DNA from: Candidatus Latescibacterota bacterium
Lineage (GTDB): Bacteria; Latescibacterota; UBA2968
Length of the DNA: 64,000 nt
Assembly: GCA_965207885.1 (NCBI GenBank)
Contig: OZ242311.1
Coordinates: 6,112,001-6,176,000 of the forward strand
Direction of reading: 5' to 3'
Each line of letters starts with the position of its first letter. Positions within the stretch are counted from its first letter, which is position 1. Positions 18,906 through 27,130 of the stretch are shown here, piece after piece. The position numbers and the translations under genes were made by a program. The notes under the pieces are model-generated. The model searched no databases. It was given only the letters and a program-made list of their open reading frames with translations, and was not told the DNA's origin.

Positions 18906-19793
18906 ATGACGCGACTTCAACTTCTCTGTACCGGTACTCCTGCCCCGCTCGCGCACCGCGGCGGCTCCAGCTATCTCGTCCAGACGGGTGACGAAACCCT
19001 GATCTTCGATTGCGGTCCGGCGTCGGTGCGGCGCATGCTCGAAGCGGGTCTCGCTCTGCCCTCGATTGACCATTTATTTCTGACCCATTTGCACTACGAC
19101 CACTGCATTGATTTTGCCTATCTGGTGCTGACGCGCTGGGATCAGAGCGTCGGCCAGATACCGGAGTTGCAGGTGTACGGCCCGGCGCCAACAGCGCATA
19201 TGGCACACCGGTTGTTTTCTGCCGATGGCGCCTTTGGTCCGGATCTGGCGGCCCGCACTTTGCACCCGGGCAGCCACTTTGTGTACGAGGCGCGCGGCGG
19301 CACTATGCCGCGGAAGAGGCCCAATCCACAGGTGCGCGAGGTCGGTTCCGGAGATCGGATTGAGACCGATAATTGGCAGGTTGATGTGGCAGAGGTAGTA
19401 CACGTGCAGCCCCAACTCACCTGTCTGGCATATCGTTTGACCACACCTGATGGTACCATCGTATTCGGCGGGGACACAGCGCCAGTGGATCGGCTTACGG
19501 ATCTGGCAAGAGGTGCGGATGTGCTGTTGCACATGTGCCACTTTATCAATGGCGTGGTCGATGACGAACGCCTGACGAGTTGCTGTTCCGGTCACCTCGA
19601 TGCGGCGACTACGGCGCGGGATGCCGGCGTCGAGACGCTGGTTCTCGTTCATTTGACGGAGCAGTTGGAAACGCCCGGCGTGCGGGAGCGGGTGCTGCAC
19701 GAGGTGGGAGAGGTTTTCGACGGTCAGGTGATCTTGGGAGAGGATCTGCTGGAGGTGCCGATGGGTACTATTGATACGGAGCCGGTGCGATGA
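18906..19793 (+). CDS. MBL-fold metallo-hydrolase (RNase Z / AtsA-like)
   Basis: GT..P, FDCG, THLHYDH, GGDT, LVH motifs. Confidence 0.85.
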   Translation: MTRLQLLCTGTPAPLAHRGGSSYLVQTGDETLIFDCGPASVRRMLEAGLALPSIDHLFLTHLHYDHCIDFAYLVLTRWDQSVGQIPELQVYGPAPTAHMAHRLFSADGAFGPDLAARTLHPGSHFVYEARGGTMPRKRPNPQVREVGSGDRIETDNWQVDVAEVVHVQPQLTCLAYRLTTPDGTIVFGGDTAPVDRLTDLARGADVLLHMCHFINGVVDDERLTSCCSGHLDAATTARDAGVETLVLVHLTEQLETPGVRERVLHEVGEVFDGQVILGEDLLEVPMGTIDTEPVR

Positions 19794-21508
19794 ATAATGC
19801 TATGGAGATTCTTACTGATCCCGACGTGTGGGTGCCGATGCGCGATGGGGTGCGGATGGCGGCACATGTGTTCCGTCCCGATGCGGAGGGGCGCTTTCCT
19901 GGAATTTTGCTGCGCACGCCATACGGCCGTCCAAAGTCCGGATTTGAGCGCTATGTGCGCGCCGGTTACGCCGTGGTGAGTATGGATTCGCGCGGGCGCT
20001 ACGGGTCTGAGGGCGATTGGGTTCCGTTTACCGAGGTGCATACGGGGGATGCCGAAGATGGCTACGACTCTGTGGAGTGGTTGGCTGCGCAGCCCTGGTG
20101 CAACGGCAGGGTGGGTACTCTGGGAGCCTCTTATAATGCCTGGATGCAGTGGCAGTTGGCCAAATTACGTCCGCCGCATCTGGTGGCGATGTGTGCGTAC
20201 ACGATTCCCCTGGAATTGACAGAGGTGGATTGGCCGGGCGGGTTTCGCCCGGGACGGCGTATCAAGTGGTGGCTCACTTCCATGGCTCCAGACCTTCGGC
20301 GACGCCAGGGATTGCCGCCGCCGCACACGCCAGCGGAGGCGCTGCAGGAATGGAACGAGGATGTCGAAAAACAATGGCTTGACTACCTTCCGTGGCTCGA
20401 TTTTCCGCGCCACTTGCCGCCGGGGCTGGCGGAGTACGCGAGAGACTGGCTGGCGCATCCAAACCGGCGGGCATGGCGGTTCGACGAGGTACACGGGGAA
20501 GTTGCGGTGCCAAATCTCGATTTCAGTGGCTGGTATGACCACTGCAATGGCTCGATGCGGCATTTGCGACTGATGCAGCGCAACGGCCGCACCGAGCAGG
20601 CGCGGTCGCAGACAAAGCTGATCGCCGGTCCGTGGAATCATCCGAGTCTCGGTCGCCAGCAGGTGGCGGGATTCGACTTTGGTCCGGATGCTGAGCTCGA
20701 TTTGCCTGGCATGATCATCCGTTGGTTCGACTACTGGCTCAAAGAAGACGACAATGGTATTGATCGCGAGCCAGCAGTGCGCTATTTCGCGATGGCGGGG
20801 AAGGGGGGATATTGGCGCGAGGCCGATACCTGGCCGCCGCCGAATACGACATCGCGCGCGTATTTGTTGAGCAGCGACGGAAATGCCGGATTTGGCGGCT
20901 CCGGGCAGCTGTCAGTTGACGGTGGAAATGACGGTGTTGATCGCTTTGACTACGATCCTCACGACCCGGTGCCGACTTTGTGGACGAAGGAGTTGTTTAC
21001 GGGTCCGTCGGATCGGCGTCTGCTGGAAGATCGCGATGATATTCTCTGCTACCGCTCCGCGCCTCTGACTGAAGCCGTGGAGGTTGCCGGCTATCCAGAG
21101 GTTGTTATCTATGTCAGTTCGTCAGCGCCAGATACGGACTTTTTTGCGCGTCTGGTGGATGAGTACCCGCCCACAGACGGGGATCAGGCGCCCGCGCTGG
21201 AGATGTGCTATGGCATGGTGTGTGCGCGTCACCGCAATGGCCTTGATATTGAAGAGCTGTTGGGATTGGGAGAGGTGGTGGAATTGCGCATCCAACTCGG
21301 TCCAACAGCCTGCCGTTTCGAGCCGGGCCATCGCATTCGCCTGGAGATCACATCCAGCGATTTCCCCAACCACGACCGCAATCACAATACGGGAAGGAAC
21401 GATCTGGCAGATACCGAGCTTGTGAGGGCGACGAATGCCGTACATCACTCGGCAGCCCACCCTTCGCGGCTTGTGCTTCCCACTATTTCCCACCCGACTG
21501 CCGACTGA
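19790..21508 (+). CDS. CocE/NonD family hydrolase
   Basis: PMRDGV, RTPY, RGRYGSEG, GASY, GWYD, GPWNH, GHRIRLEITSSDFP. Confidence 0.92.
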   Translation: MNNAMEILTDPDVWVPMRDGVRMAAHVFRPDAEGRFPGILLRTPYGRPKSGFERYVRAGYAVVSMDSRGRYGSEGDWVPFTEVHTGDAEDGYDSVEWLAAQPWCNGRVGTLGASYNAWMQWQLAKLRPPHLVAMCAYTIPLELTEVDWPGGFRPGRRIKWWLTSMAPDLRRRQGLPPPHTPAEALQEWNEDVEKQWLDYLPWLDFPRHLPPGLAEYARDWLAHPNRRAWRFDEVHGEVAVPNLDFSGWYDHCNGSMRHLRLMQRNGRTEQARSQTKLIAGPWNHPSLGRQQVAGFDFGPDAELDLPGMIIRWFDYWLKEDDNGIDREPAVRYFAMAGKGGYWREADTWPPPNTTSRAYLLSSDGNAGFGGSGQLSVDGGNDGVDRFDYDPHDPVPTLWTKELFTGPSDRRLLEDRDDILCYRSAPLTEAVEVAGYPEVVIYVSSSAPDTDFFARLVDEYPPTDGDQAPALEMCYGMVCARHRNGLDIEELLGLGEVVELRIQLGPTACRFEPGHRIRLEITSSDFPNHDRNHNTGRNDLADTELVRATNAVHHSAAHPSRLVLPTISHPTAD

Positions 21509-21516
21509 GCACGTCT

Positions 21517-22899
21517 ATGTCCCAATCCGGACCGGCTTCCCGCACGTCTGCAACTCCCATAGATCAGACGCCTGTTCTGCCCCAGGTCTGGGCTATTGCC
21601 TGGCCCGTGGTGGCCGCTTCGATGCTCGATGCCATGGAGGGCCTCATCGATATTTCCATGGTCGGGCAACTGGGTCCTGAAGCAATTTCAGCGGTGGGCC
21701 TCAGTCGGCAAATTCTGTTTCTGACGATGGTGATGGCGATGTCGATCAGTACCGGGTCGCGTACTCTGGTTGCCCAATTTTACGGGGCCGAGCGCCACGA
21801 GGACCTCAGTCATACGGCACAACAGGCGATTCTAATGGGGGCACTGCTGGCCGTTGTTATGGCCCTGCTCGGGGGCTTGATCGCCCGCCCTACATTGATC
21901 TTGTTGGGAGCACAGCCCGAGGTGCTCGGCCATGCCGTGCCGTTCCTGCGCATCTATTTTGGCGGCGTCATTTTTATGATGCTCAATTATCTCATCAGTG
22001 CGATTTTTGGCGGTGCTGGCGATACCCGAACGCCGTTAAAAATTTCGTGTCTTATTATAATTTTGAAGCTTCCCCTCACCTATGGCTTGATCTTTGGCGC
22101 CTGGGGGCTGCCACAGATGGGGGTTTGTGGTGCTGCAGTTGGTACGCTCGCGTCGCGGGCTGTCGGTTGTGTTGTGGGTTTCTGGTTGCTTACTTCCGGG
22201 CGCTCGCGTGTGCATATGCGCTGGACCTGGCGTCTGTCTTTTAACCGCGATATTATCGGGCGGATGATGCGAATCGGGGTGCCAGCGGGAATTCAGGGTT
22301 TTTTCCGCAATGGTGCTCGCATCCTGTTTTATCGGGTGGCGAGTTGGACCTCGCAGCCCACGACTGCGGTCGCCGCGCTGACGATTGGGCTGCAGATGCG
22401 GATGATCGGCATTATGCCGGCTCTGGCTTTTGGCGTAGCGGCAACTGCTCTGGTTGGCCAGCGGTTGGGCGCAAAGCAAATACCGCAAGCAGAACGCTTT
22501 GGAGCAAGTGCGATCCGGCTCTGTATGGTGTTTATCGTTGTTTGCGCCATTATCATTTGTGCCTTCGCTCGGGAAATCGTCGATTTGTTCACCGATTCGG
22601 TGGCTGTCATTGATATGGGCTATGTCATGCTCTGGTTTTTTACGATTGCACAGGTTTTCTCCGCGTTGTCCATCGTGTCCGCAGGTGTCCTGGCAGGTGG
22701 CGGTGAGACCAAACCTCCGCTCTATTACACGATTTTGGCGCAGTGGATGGTTATGCTGCCGTTGTCCTATGTCCTATCTTTTCTGTTTGGGATGGATACC
22801 CTCGGTATCTGGATTGCCTGGCTGATTGGCGGCATCCTTCAGGGTGTTCTGGTCTGGGCGTCCTATCTAAAGGGTAGATGGAAACAGACAGTGATATGA
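21517..22899 (+). CDS. MATE family efflux transporter
   Basis: About 12 TM; D..MVGQLG, G.GDTRTPL, LVGQ.LGA motifs. Confidence 0.92.
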   Translation: MSQSGPASRTSATPIDQTPVLPQVWAIAWPVVAASMLDAMEGLIDISMVGQLGPEAISAVGLSRQILFLTMVMAMSISTGSRTLVAQFYGAERHEDLSHTAQQAILMGALLAVVMALLGGLIARPTLILLGAQPEVLGHAVPFLRIYFGGVIFMMLNYLISAIFGGAGDTRTPLKISCLIIILKLPLTYGLIFGAWGLPQMGVCGAAVGTLASRAVGCVVGFWLLTSGRSRVHMRWTWRLSFNRDIIGRMMRIGVPAGIQGFFRNGARILFYRVASWTSQPTTAVAALTIGLQMRMIGIMPALAFGVAATALVGQRLGAKQIPQAERFGASAIRLCMVFIVVCAIIICAFAREIVDLFTDSVAVIDMGYVMLWFFTIAQVFSALSIVSAGVLAGGGETKPPLYYTILAQWMVMLPLSYVLSFLFGMDTLGIWIAWLIGGILQGVLVWASYLKGRWKQTVI

Positions 22900-22901
22900 G
22901 G

Positions 22902-23717
22902 CTATACGGTAAGCGCGATGTTGTTCCGTGTTGCGATTTCTTTTTTGTCCTGATAACCCGCGCGTGCTGTGAGTTCAAGCGTTTCTGGAGAGAGGCGTTG
23001 TTGAATGGCCTGGGGCAATTCTGATCTCCCTGAGTATTGGGGGTGATAGCGCAAGACGAGGATCATCCGCATGCGATCTTTTGGCGTCCAGGGCAGGGCG
23101 CCGTGGGTGACGAGTTCGTTCATGACGATGATGTCGCCGGCTCTGGGTGTGATGTTGACCACGCCTTCGGGGATGTGGTCGCGGTTTTCGACCAGGCCGT
23201 TTTGAAAAAGGTGCCGTGGGCGATCAAACATGCTTTTGTGCGAGCCGGGGACGACCAGAAGGCCCCCGTCGCCTGGATGTACGTCGGTGAGGTAGGGAAA
23301 ACAGACGGTGTTGTCGCAAAAGATGCGTCCGTTGCGGACTTCGTAACGGGTGGCGTCCCAGCCGAAATCGTCGCGGGCGCAGTGCAGGCGGAGTGCTTCG
23401 TCGTTTTGATCGGGGATGTTGACCTGAAGCGTGCCGCTGGTGAGGCGAGGCCGGCCATTGGTGAGTTCTGTGACGATGGGCCAGGTCGCGGGATGCACGG
23501 TCAGGCGTTCGAGGGCTTTGTCGAATGCAAAGCCGTGCAGGTGGCGTTTGCCGTTTTTGTCAAAGCCTTCGGGTAGTTCCGATTCGGGGGTTGTGACGTA
23601 GCGTTCGGCGGCTTTTCGCGCGGCGTTCAGTTCGTCGTCAGAGAGGGCATTGCGCAGGTGCAGGTACCCGTTGAGGTCAAAGAGGTAGCGCTGTTCAGGG
23701 GTCATCATGGTGTTCAC
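22902..23717 (-). CDS. PhyH-family Fe/2OG enzyme with HxA in place of HxD
   Basis: FDLNGYL, LHCA, VPGSHK, AGD...NELVTHG..W...R. Confidence 0.8.
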   Translation of the reverse strand: MNTMMTPEQRYLFDLNGYLHLRNALSDDELNAARKAAERYVTTPESELPEGFDKNGKRHLHGFAFDKALERLTVHPATWPIVTELTNGRPRLTSGTLQVNIPDQNDEALRLHCARDDFGWDATRYEVRNGRIFCDNTVCFPYLTDVHPGDGGLLVVPGSHKSMFDRPRHLFQNGLVENRDHIPEGVVNITPRAGDIIVMNELVTHGALPWTPKDRMRMILVLRYHPQYSGRSELPQAIQQRLSPETLELTARAGYQDKKEIATRNNIALTV

Positions 23718-24541
23718 TTTCTTTCCGGGATGTCATCGCCGTTGGGACGGGGGACGTGTTGCCAGTATCCCGAAGGATCAATGCCGCGGCATAAGACCGC
23801 GGGTGAATGGTCGGTTTCTCGGGTGCGGACTTCGGGGGGCATGTAGCGCAGGGTCAGGCCGCAGCGACGCCGTTGCGAGGTGTTGGGTCTGGAGCCGTGT
23901 AGCAACAGGTCGGAGTGGATGGAGATTTGCCCGGCTTTCATGATTAAGGGTACGGGGTCGCCAAATTTTTCGGCGTGTTGAACAGATTGTCCGAGGACAT
24001 TATTTTCTTCTGGTGTGCTGCGTTCAAAGGGTATTTGTCCGTGGAGGTGCGATCCGGGTATGACTTCCATGGGGGCATTTGCGAGGTCAACGTCGTCAAT
24101 GGCGAGCCAGACGGTTACGGTTTTGGAGGGTGTGAGGGGCCAGTAGGATGCGTCTTGATGAAAGGCGACTTTTTTGCCGTCTCCGGGCATTTTGCTGAAG
24201 TAGTGGGTCATGCGCGAGACGAGGTTGGGTCCGAGCAGGTCTTCGACGTAGTCGAGGATGCGGTTATCGACGAGCAGGTCGTAGATGCCTTTGCAACTGC
24301 GGTGCCACCCGTTGATTGAGTAGCTGTTTTTGCCCGCTGCCTGTGTTTTGTCCATGAGTTTGTCAAAGTACGCGCGGTTGGCTTCGACTTCTTTTTTTGA
24401 GAAGACGTCGAGGGGAAAGATGTATCCCTTTTCGTTGAATTGCTGGATTTGCGCGCGCGTCAGTTTTTTGGGCGCGTTATTTTTTGCTGGGTAAAATTTC
24501 AGTTCCCGTTTCATGTCGGGCAGGGCGTCGGTTATGGACAT
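23714..24541 (-). CDS. PhyH-family Fe/2OG dioxygenase, canonical HxD
   Basis: HQDASYW, WLAIDD, IPGSH, LLHGS.PN.S..RR; RBS AGGAG before ATG 24541. Confidence 0.88.
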   Translation of the reverse strand: MSITDALPDMKRELKFYPAKNNAPKKLTRAQIQQFNEKGYIFPLDVFSKKEVEANRAYFDKLMDKTQAAGKNSYSINGWHRSCKGIYDLLVDNRILDYVEDLLGPNLVSRMTHYFSKMPGDGKKVAFHQDASYWPLTPSKTVTVWLAIDDVDLANAPMEVIPGSHLHGQIPFERSTPEENNVLGQSVQHAEKFGDPVPLIMKAGQISIHSDLLLHGSRPNTSQRRRCGLTLRYMPPEVRTRETDHSPAVLCRGIDPSGYWQHVPRPNGDDIPERK

Positions 24542-24554
24542 GGGGTCTCCTTTT

Positions 24555-26975
24555 TCATCCCGATCCGCCGTAAAAAAATACGACTTCTCGCGTTGCTTTT
24601 TCACCGCTTACTTTGTCCTGTACGGTGATTTCCACCACATTTACCCCCGGTTTGGCTTTTTTCAGGTCGAGTTCTACGTATTCGCGTTCTTCTTCGTCGG
24701 TGCCTACCTGTTCATAGGTTACGGATACCTGGGGTTTTTGTTGCCGCAGAAGTGCGCGGATTCCCGAGGTGATGACGCCTGCGAGGCCTACGGTGTTGCG
24801 GGGGTTAAATTGTACGCGGTACTGTACTTTGTAACGGGTTTGCCCGAAGGTGTCGCGTTTCAAATTGTAGATTTCAAAATAGGCGAATACCCGGCTGCCC
24901 AGGGGATAGCTTCGGGAAGCCATTGGCGATACGTAGATGTCTTTTTTTTGGAGGCGGTCGTTGGTGCCCGTGTCGGCGATTGAGGAGGCTAACTGGATAC
25001 CGCTGATTTTTACGCTTTCGGAGTTGAAGTCGGAAACCGCGAGTTCTTGTTTGTACGCACCTGCGCGCCCGGATAATTCGTCTTCCAATTGTACCTGTAG
25101 CTGATATTTTTTTCCGGGAGATGCTTCAATGCGTATGACGTCGGGGATGAATACGCCCCGGGTTTTGGGAAATTCCCGGCTGTTCTGGTAGGAGAGTATT
25201 TCGTGTGCGCGGTAGATATTTTCATGGCTTGCGTCCGCCAGGGCGAGAGTGGCTTTTGTGTGTATGAGATAATCCCGGTCGCCTTTGCCCACAGTGACTT
25301 CTGCTGGGGGTACTCCGTAATACACTTCTACGATGGTTTTGCCATCTGGTCCGCGGAAGTCCGCGACGTCGTAAAAGAAGTGGAGGGCGTCTTTGCCCAC
25401 GCTGGGGCGATAATAGTCGGGTACAGCGCCGATAGATTGCTGATAGATGACCCCCGGGGCGTATTCCATGAGCCGTGCCACGCTGGCGATGCGGTTGTCG
25501 CTTTGGGGCAAGGGCGGTATGGGCGCGAAGTCAAAGTGTCCGTTTCCGACTTCGTCGGTAAAGGTAAATTCCACGCCGCCTTGCAGTTGGGTATATGTCC
25601 AGGTTTCCCAGGGGACGGTTTCGAATTCGCGGTCTGATGTTACGGGACTGTAATTCAAGAAACGCTGCTCTGTTCTGGGAGCGACCGATAGATCAAATGG
25701 ACTGGATGCGACGAGGTCGGGTATTACAAATTGGAATCCCAGGGTTTCTGCCTCTTCTCCGGGGTTCAGGGCGAGGACGGCGTCGTCTTCCCCGGCATCT
25801 GTGCCAAATACGCCGGTGTTCAGGCTTTGGTTTGTGATGTTGCCTTCAAATGGTTTGCGCTGGCTGCGTATGGGAAAGACCGGTCCTGTGAATGTGTGAT
25901 AGGTCGCGGCTGGTCCCCAGATATCGGCTGCCATTCGGTTGCGAACGGCTTCTACTTCTGGCGATATTACAAATTCGCGCTGGTTGGAGCGAGACCGATA
26001 ATCGGGTTCGCCGTACCGGATATAGACTTCGCCCCTCTGGTCCCAGGGGCTGATTTTTTTGGAAAAGAAGGTGCGCGCATACCATACCCGCCGGTAGTGT
26101 TCCACGATGCGTTCGTTGATTTGGGTCAGAAGATCCGAGTCTCGCCGCCGCCAGAATTTTTGCAGATAGTTCTGCTTTTCAGGTTCTTCGGATAGGCTCT
26201 GATATGCGTGCCATTCTTTTTCTGAGGCGACGAGAGATATGTCGGTGTAATAGGCGCGTTCGGTTTTGTCAACGCGTTGTAAATAGCGTTCGTAGTAGTT
26301 CAGGGCGAGGCGGTGTTCTTTCTGGTGAAAATAGCCTGCGGCGGCGAGGGGCAAGAGGCGGAGTTCGGGATCGTGTGCGTTGATATAGGGGATGATGTGC
26401 GCCGCGATCTGGTCGTGTTGATCGGCCTGTACGCAGGCGAGGCCAAAATAGTACAGTCCGTCGGGGTTGTCCGATTCTACCTGGATATATTTTAGATAGT
26501 AATCTACGGCTTTCTGGTGGTCTTCCTGAAATCGTTCGTACAATTCGCCCAGTAGGCGGTACGCAGGCCCATAAGTCGAGTCGAGTTTGGTCGCTCGTTT
26601 GGCTTCGCCTACGGCTTTGCGGAAGTTGCTATACGCCGATAGGCCCGAGGCCGGGCGTTCGGCATAGACGAGTCCCAGACCCACATACGCTTCTGCCAAA
26701 TTTTTATCCAGTCCTTTGGCTGTCTTGAAAGCGGTTTCCGCTTTTTCAAAGTCGCGATTTTTTAAGTACGCATAACCCAGGCGAGATTGGATGTGTGCGT
26801 CTTTGGGGAAGGCTTTGGTTAAGTCCGAGAATGTCGCAACCGCCGTATCTGCCCGCCCTTCCCGAAGGTACTTTTGCCCCAGGGTCAACAAGGAGTCCCG
26901 CTGGTCTGCTGCCGCCTGTTCCAGAGATAGGATGCAGAGAGCCGCACAAAAAAAATAGATTTGAGATCGTCCCAT
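24555..26975 (-). CDS. TPR-repeat plus GWxTD domain protein, secreted
   Basis: Signal peptide from M at 26975 (ORF open to 27029); TPR helices; FW..RD....INER..EHYRR, WDQRGEVYIRYGEPD, WETWTY. Confidence 0.85.
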   Translation of the reverse strand: MGRSQIYFFCAALCILSLEQAAADQRDSLLTLGQKYLREGRADTAVATFSDLTKAFPKDAHIQSRLGYAYLKNRDFEKAETAFKTAKGLDKNLAEAYVGLGLVYAERPASGLSAYSNFRKAVGEAKRATKLDSTYGPAYRLLGELYERFQEDHQKAVDYYLKYIQVESDNPDGLYYFGLACVQADQHDQIAAHIIPYINAHDPELRLLPLAAAGYFHQKEHRLALNYYERYLQRVDKTERAYYTDISLVASEKEWHAYQSLSEEPEKQNYLQKFWRRRDSDLLTQINERIVEHYRRVWYARTFFSKKISPWDQRGEVYIRYGEPDYRSRSNQREFVISPEVEAVRNRMAADIWGPAATYHTFTGPVFPIRSQRKPFEGNITNQSLNTGVFGTDAGEDDAVLALNPGEEAETLGFQFVIPDLVASSPFDLSVAPRTEQRFLNYSPVTSDREFETVPWETWTYTQLQGGVEFTFTDEVGNGHFDFAPIPPLPQSDNRIASVARLMEYAPGVIYQQSIGAVPDYYRPSVGKDALHFFYDVADFRGPDGKTIVEVYYGVPPAEVTVGKGDRDYLIHTKATLALADASHENIYRAHEILSYQNSREFPKTRGVFIPDVIRIEASPGKKYQLQVQLEDELSGRAGAYKQELAVSDFNSESVKISGIQLASSIADTGTNDRLQKKDIYVSPMASRSYPLGSRVFAYFEIYNLKRDTFGQTRYKVQYRVQFNPRNTVGLAGVITSGIRALLRQQKPQVSVTYEQVGTDEEEREYVELDLKKAKPGVNVVEITVQDKVSGEKATREVVFFYGGSG

Positions 26976-27130
26976 TAGAAAAACCCCCGCGGTGTAAAGT
27001 AGGTAAAAGGCGTCTTTGAATGCACTCAAGACGCCTCTTCATAGGATAAGATCAGGTAAATGTATGGTCTTTTCATCATTCAAGGTCTGACCTGTTATTG
27101 TCTCTCATAATCTATAATTGAAAACCGAAG

